Origin: Escherichia coli
GTDB taxonomy: Bacteria; Pseudomonadota; Gammaproteobacteria; Enterobacterales; Enterobacteriaceae
Strand: one strand, 5' to 3'
Assembly: GCF_050516355.1 (NCBI RefSeq)
Contig: NZ_CP191552.1
Length of the DNA: 32,000 nt
The notes below the pieces were generated by a model that worked only from the letters and a program-made list of their open reading frames with translations, was not told the origin of the DNA and searched no databases. Positions 30,463-32,000 of the stretch are shown here, piece after piece (position 1 is the first letter of the stretch; every line of letters begins with the position of its first letter). The translations under genes were made by a program, and so were the position numbers.

Positions 30463-31728
30463 TTAAGCTTCAGCCGCCAGCATCTCTTTCTTACGTTGGC
30501 TAATACGCTTAACCAGCATTACGGAAACCACCGCACCACAGAATGCGAAGCAGGCCATAATGCCAAACACGATTTTGTAGCCAATAATCCCCGGATTTAA
30601 ATCCAGAATGTAGCCATACAGACTGAAGCAGAACATCGCCGGGGCGTAACCAATAAAGCTACCCAACGCCATCGCCGCGCCTGTTTTATTTTCAGCAATT
30701 TTTGCTTCGCCGATAGGTGCAAAAAATACGGCTCGCTGTGTAAAGACTATCGCGCCAAAGCCCAGCGTACATGCCATCCCTAAATAGACCGGCATACTTT
30801 CGTGCGGCAGCATAATCAACAGTACGAGCGCAGCGGTACTGATGATAAAGGTGTAGCATAGATATTTACTCGGCGATTTCAGGATCTTATCTGAAATCAT
30901 GCCACCAATCGGTCCACCAATCATTTTCAGACAGTATTGGTTAATGATGCCGTAAGCCCCCACCAGCGCAACGGGCAATAGATAGATGTTTTTCAGGAAT
31001 GGAATGAAGAATGTCAGGCCACAGTAAACCGCGTAAACGAAGAAGACGTTAAAAGCGATAAGCCAGATGGTTTTGTCTCTCAGCACCGAGGTCATACTGG
31101 TGTTTTGCGATGCTCCGTCTTCTTTTTTCACCTCAACGGACGGTGCCTCTTCTTTGTCATTCAGGACAAAGAAAATAATAATGCCTACGGCAATCACAAT
31201 AAGGGAATAGAACCAGATGCCTGCTTTAAAACCCAATAAGCCACTGCCAAACCAGGTAAATACTGCCAACGCAGAAAATGCCACCACGGTATCGACAATG
31301 CCACGCCCTGTTTCGAAGAAGCCAAACAACCGACCTTGTTGTTCGCTATTGCCCAATCGACTTACCGACTTGAGCAAGACCGGCCAGTTCATCATGTCGC
31401 AAGTAACGCCAAATAGCGCCCAGACAAAGAGGATGCCCCAATACCCCGGCATTGTCGTCAAATAAACACCCAGTAATCCTGTCGCAATGAGTGAGAATGA
31501 CATGGTGTATCTGCGCGGTAGTTTATCGGCAAAATAAATAGACAGAAAAAAACCCACTGTCGTGACAAATGAGTTTACCGACATAGCATTACCAATTTGA
31601 CCATTGGTCAAATGGAAATATTCCTGCATCGGGATATAAAACGCATCTTTCAGCGACGGTAATTTATAAATTGTACCGCCACACAATGTTAATAGACTAA
31701 ATAACGCCCATTTCTTTTTCGTGAGCAT
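30463..31728 (-). CDS. yihN: MFS transporter YihN
   Basis: 421 aa, 12-TM MFS protein MLTKKKWALFSLLTLCGGTIYKLPSLKDAF.... Confidence 0.92.
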   Translation of the reverse strand: MLTKKKWALFSLLTLCGGTIYKLPSLKDAFYIPMQEYFHLTNGQIGNAMSVNSFVTTVGFFLSIYFADKLPRRYTMSFSLIATGLLGVYLTTMPGYWGILFVWALFGVTCDMMNWPVLLKSVSRLGNSEQQGRLFGFFETGRGIVDTVVAFSALAVFTWFGSGLLGFKAGIWFYSLIVIAVGIIIFFVLNDKEEAPSVEVKKEDGASQNTSMTSVLRDKTIWLIAFNVFFVYAVYCGLTFFIPFLKNIYLLPVALVGAYGIINQYCLKMIGGPIGGMISDKILKSPSKYLCYTFIISTAALVLLIMLPHESMPVYLGMACTLGFGAIVFTQRAVFFAPIGEAKIAENKTGAAMALGSFIGYAPAMFCFSLYGYILDLNPGIIGYKIVFGIMACFAFCGAVVSVMLVKRISQRKKEMLAAEA

Positions 31729-31829
31729 AACATCCCCTAAGCGATTTTTAAAATCACTGTTTTAAAGGCAATAAGATACCGACCATTCATATGGAATGGT
31801 TTTATTAACTGCGTATGAGTTAAAACTTA

Positions 31830-32000
31830 TTAGTGGTTCAGAAGATGGTTTGCCTCTTGTTTGATTTGTTGTAGTACGTTACGCACATGATTTATCTGAT
31901 TAATTGCATCTTCTTTTTCTTTACGTAACCGCGCATCCAGTAAATGATTTTCTGGCAATGGTGTTTCACTCATCTGGCGATAAGGGATCCACGGATTATC
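31830..32000 (-). CDS. 3' end of a minus-strand gene running off the right edge, probably yihM by synteny
   Basis: Open minus-strand frame to the edge: ..DNPWIPYRQMSETPLPENHLLDARLRKEKEDAINQINHVRNVLQQIKQEANHLLNH*. Stop TAA at 31832-31830. Confidence 0.5.
   Translation of the reverse strand, partial: DNPWIPYRQMSETPLPENHLLDARLRKEKEDAINQINHVRNVLQQIKQEANHLLNH

Overview
This window matches an Escherichia coli-like chromosome. Core backbone genes were recognised from protein sequence by memory, with no database search. Left to right the backbone is: yiiG (5' part), fdhD, the formate dehydrogenase-O operon fdoG (in-frame UGA/Sec)-fdoH-fdoI-fdhE, ribbon-helix-helix genes yiiF and yiiE, fabY(yiiD)-dtd-yihY-yihX-csqR(yihW), the sulfoquinovose catabolism cluster yihV/yihU-T-S-R-Q-P-O, ompL and yihN. 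Three accessory insertions or variations stand out. (1) A tightly coupled two-gene unit between fdhD and yiiG encodes an HSP90-family GHKL ATPase and a large TPR-like partner. (2) A VapC-like PIN toxin gene overlaps yiiF, and the yiiF and yiiE leaders are duplicated (about 78% identical over 69 nt). (3) A solitary AT-rich gene between yiiE and fabY encodes a 604-aa protein with a CKSAKDRT (CX5R) signature, typical of phosphoinositide phosphatases of the INPP4/SopB/IpgD type. It looks like an orphan secreted effector with no secretion genes nearby. The effector-like phosphatase and the HSP90-TPR pair are the best candidates for something under-described.
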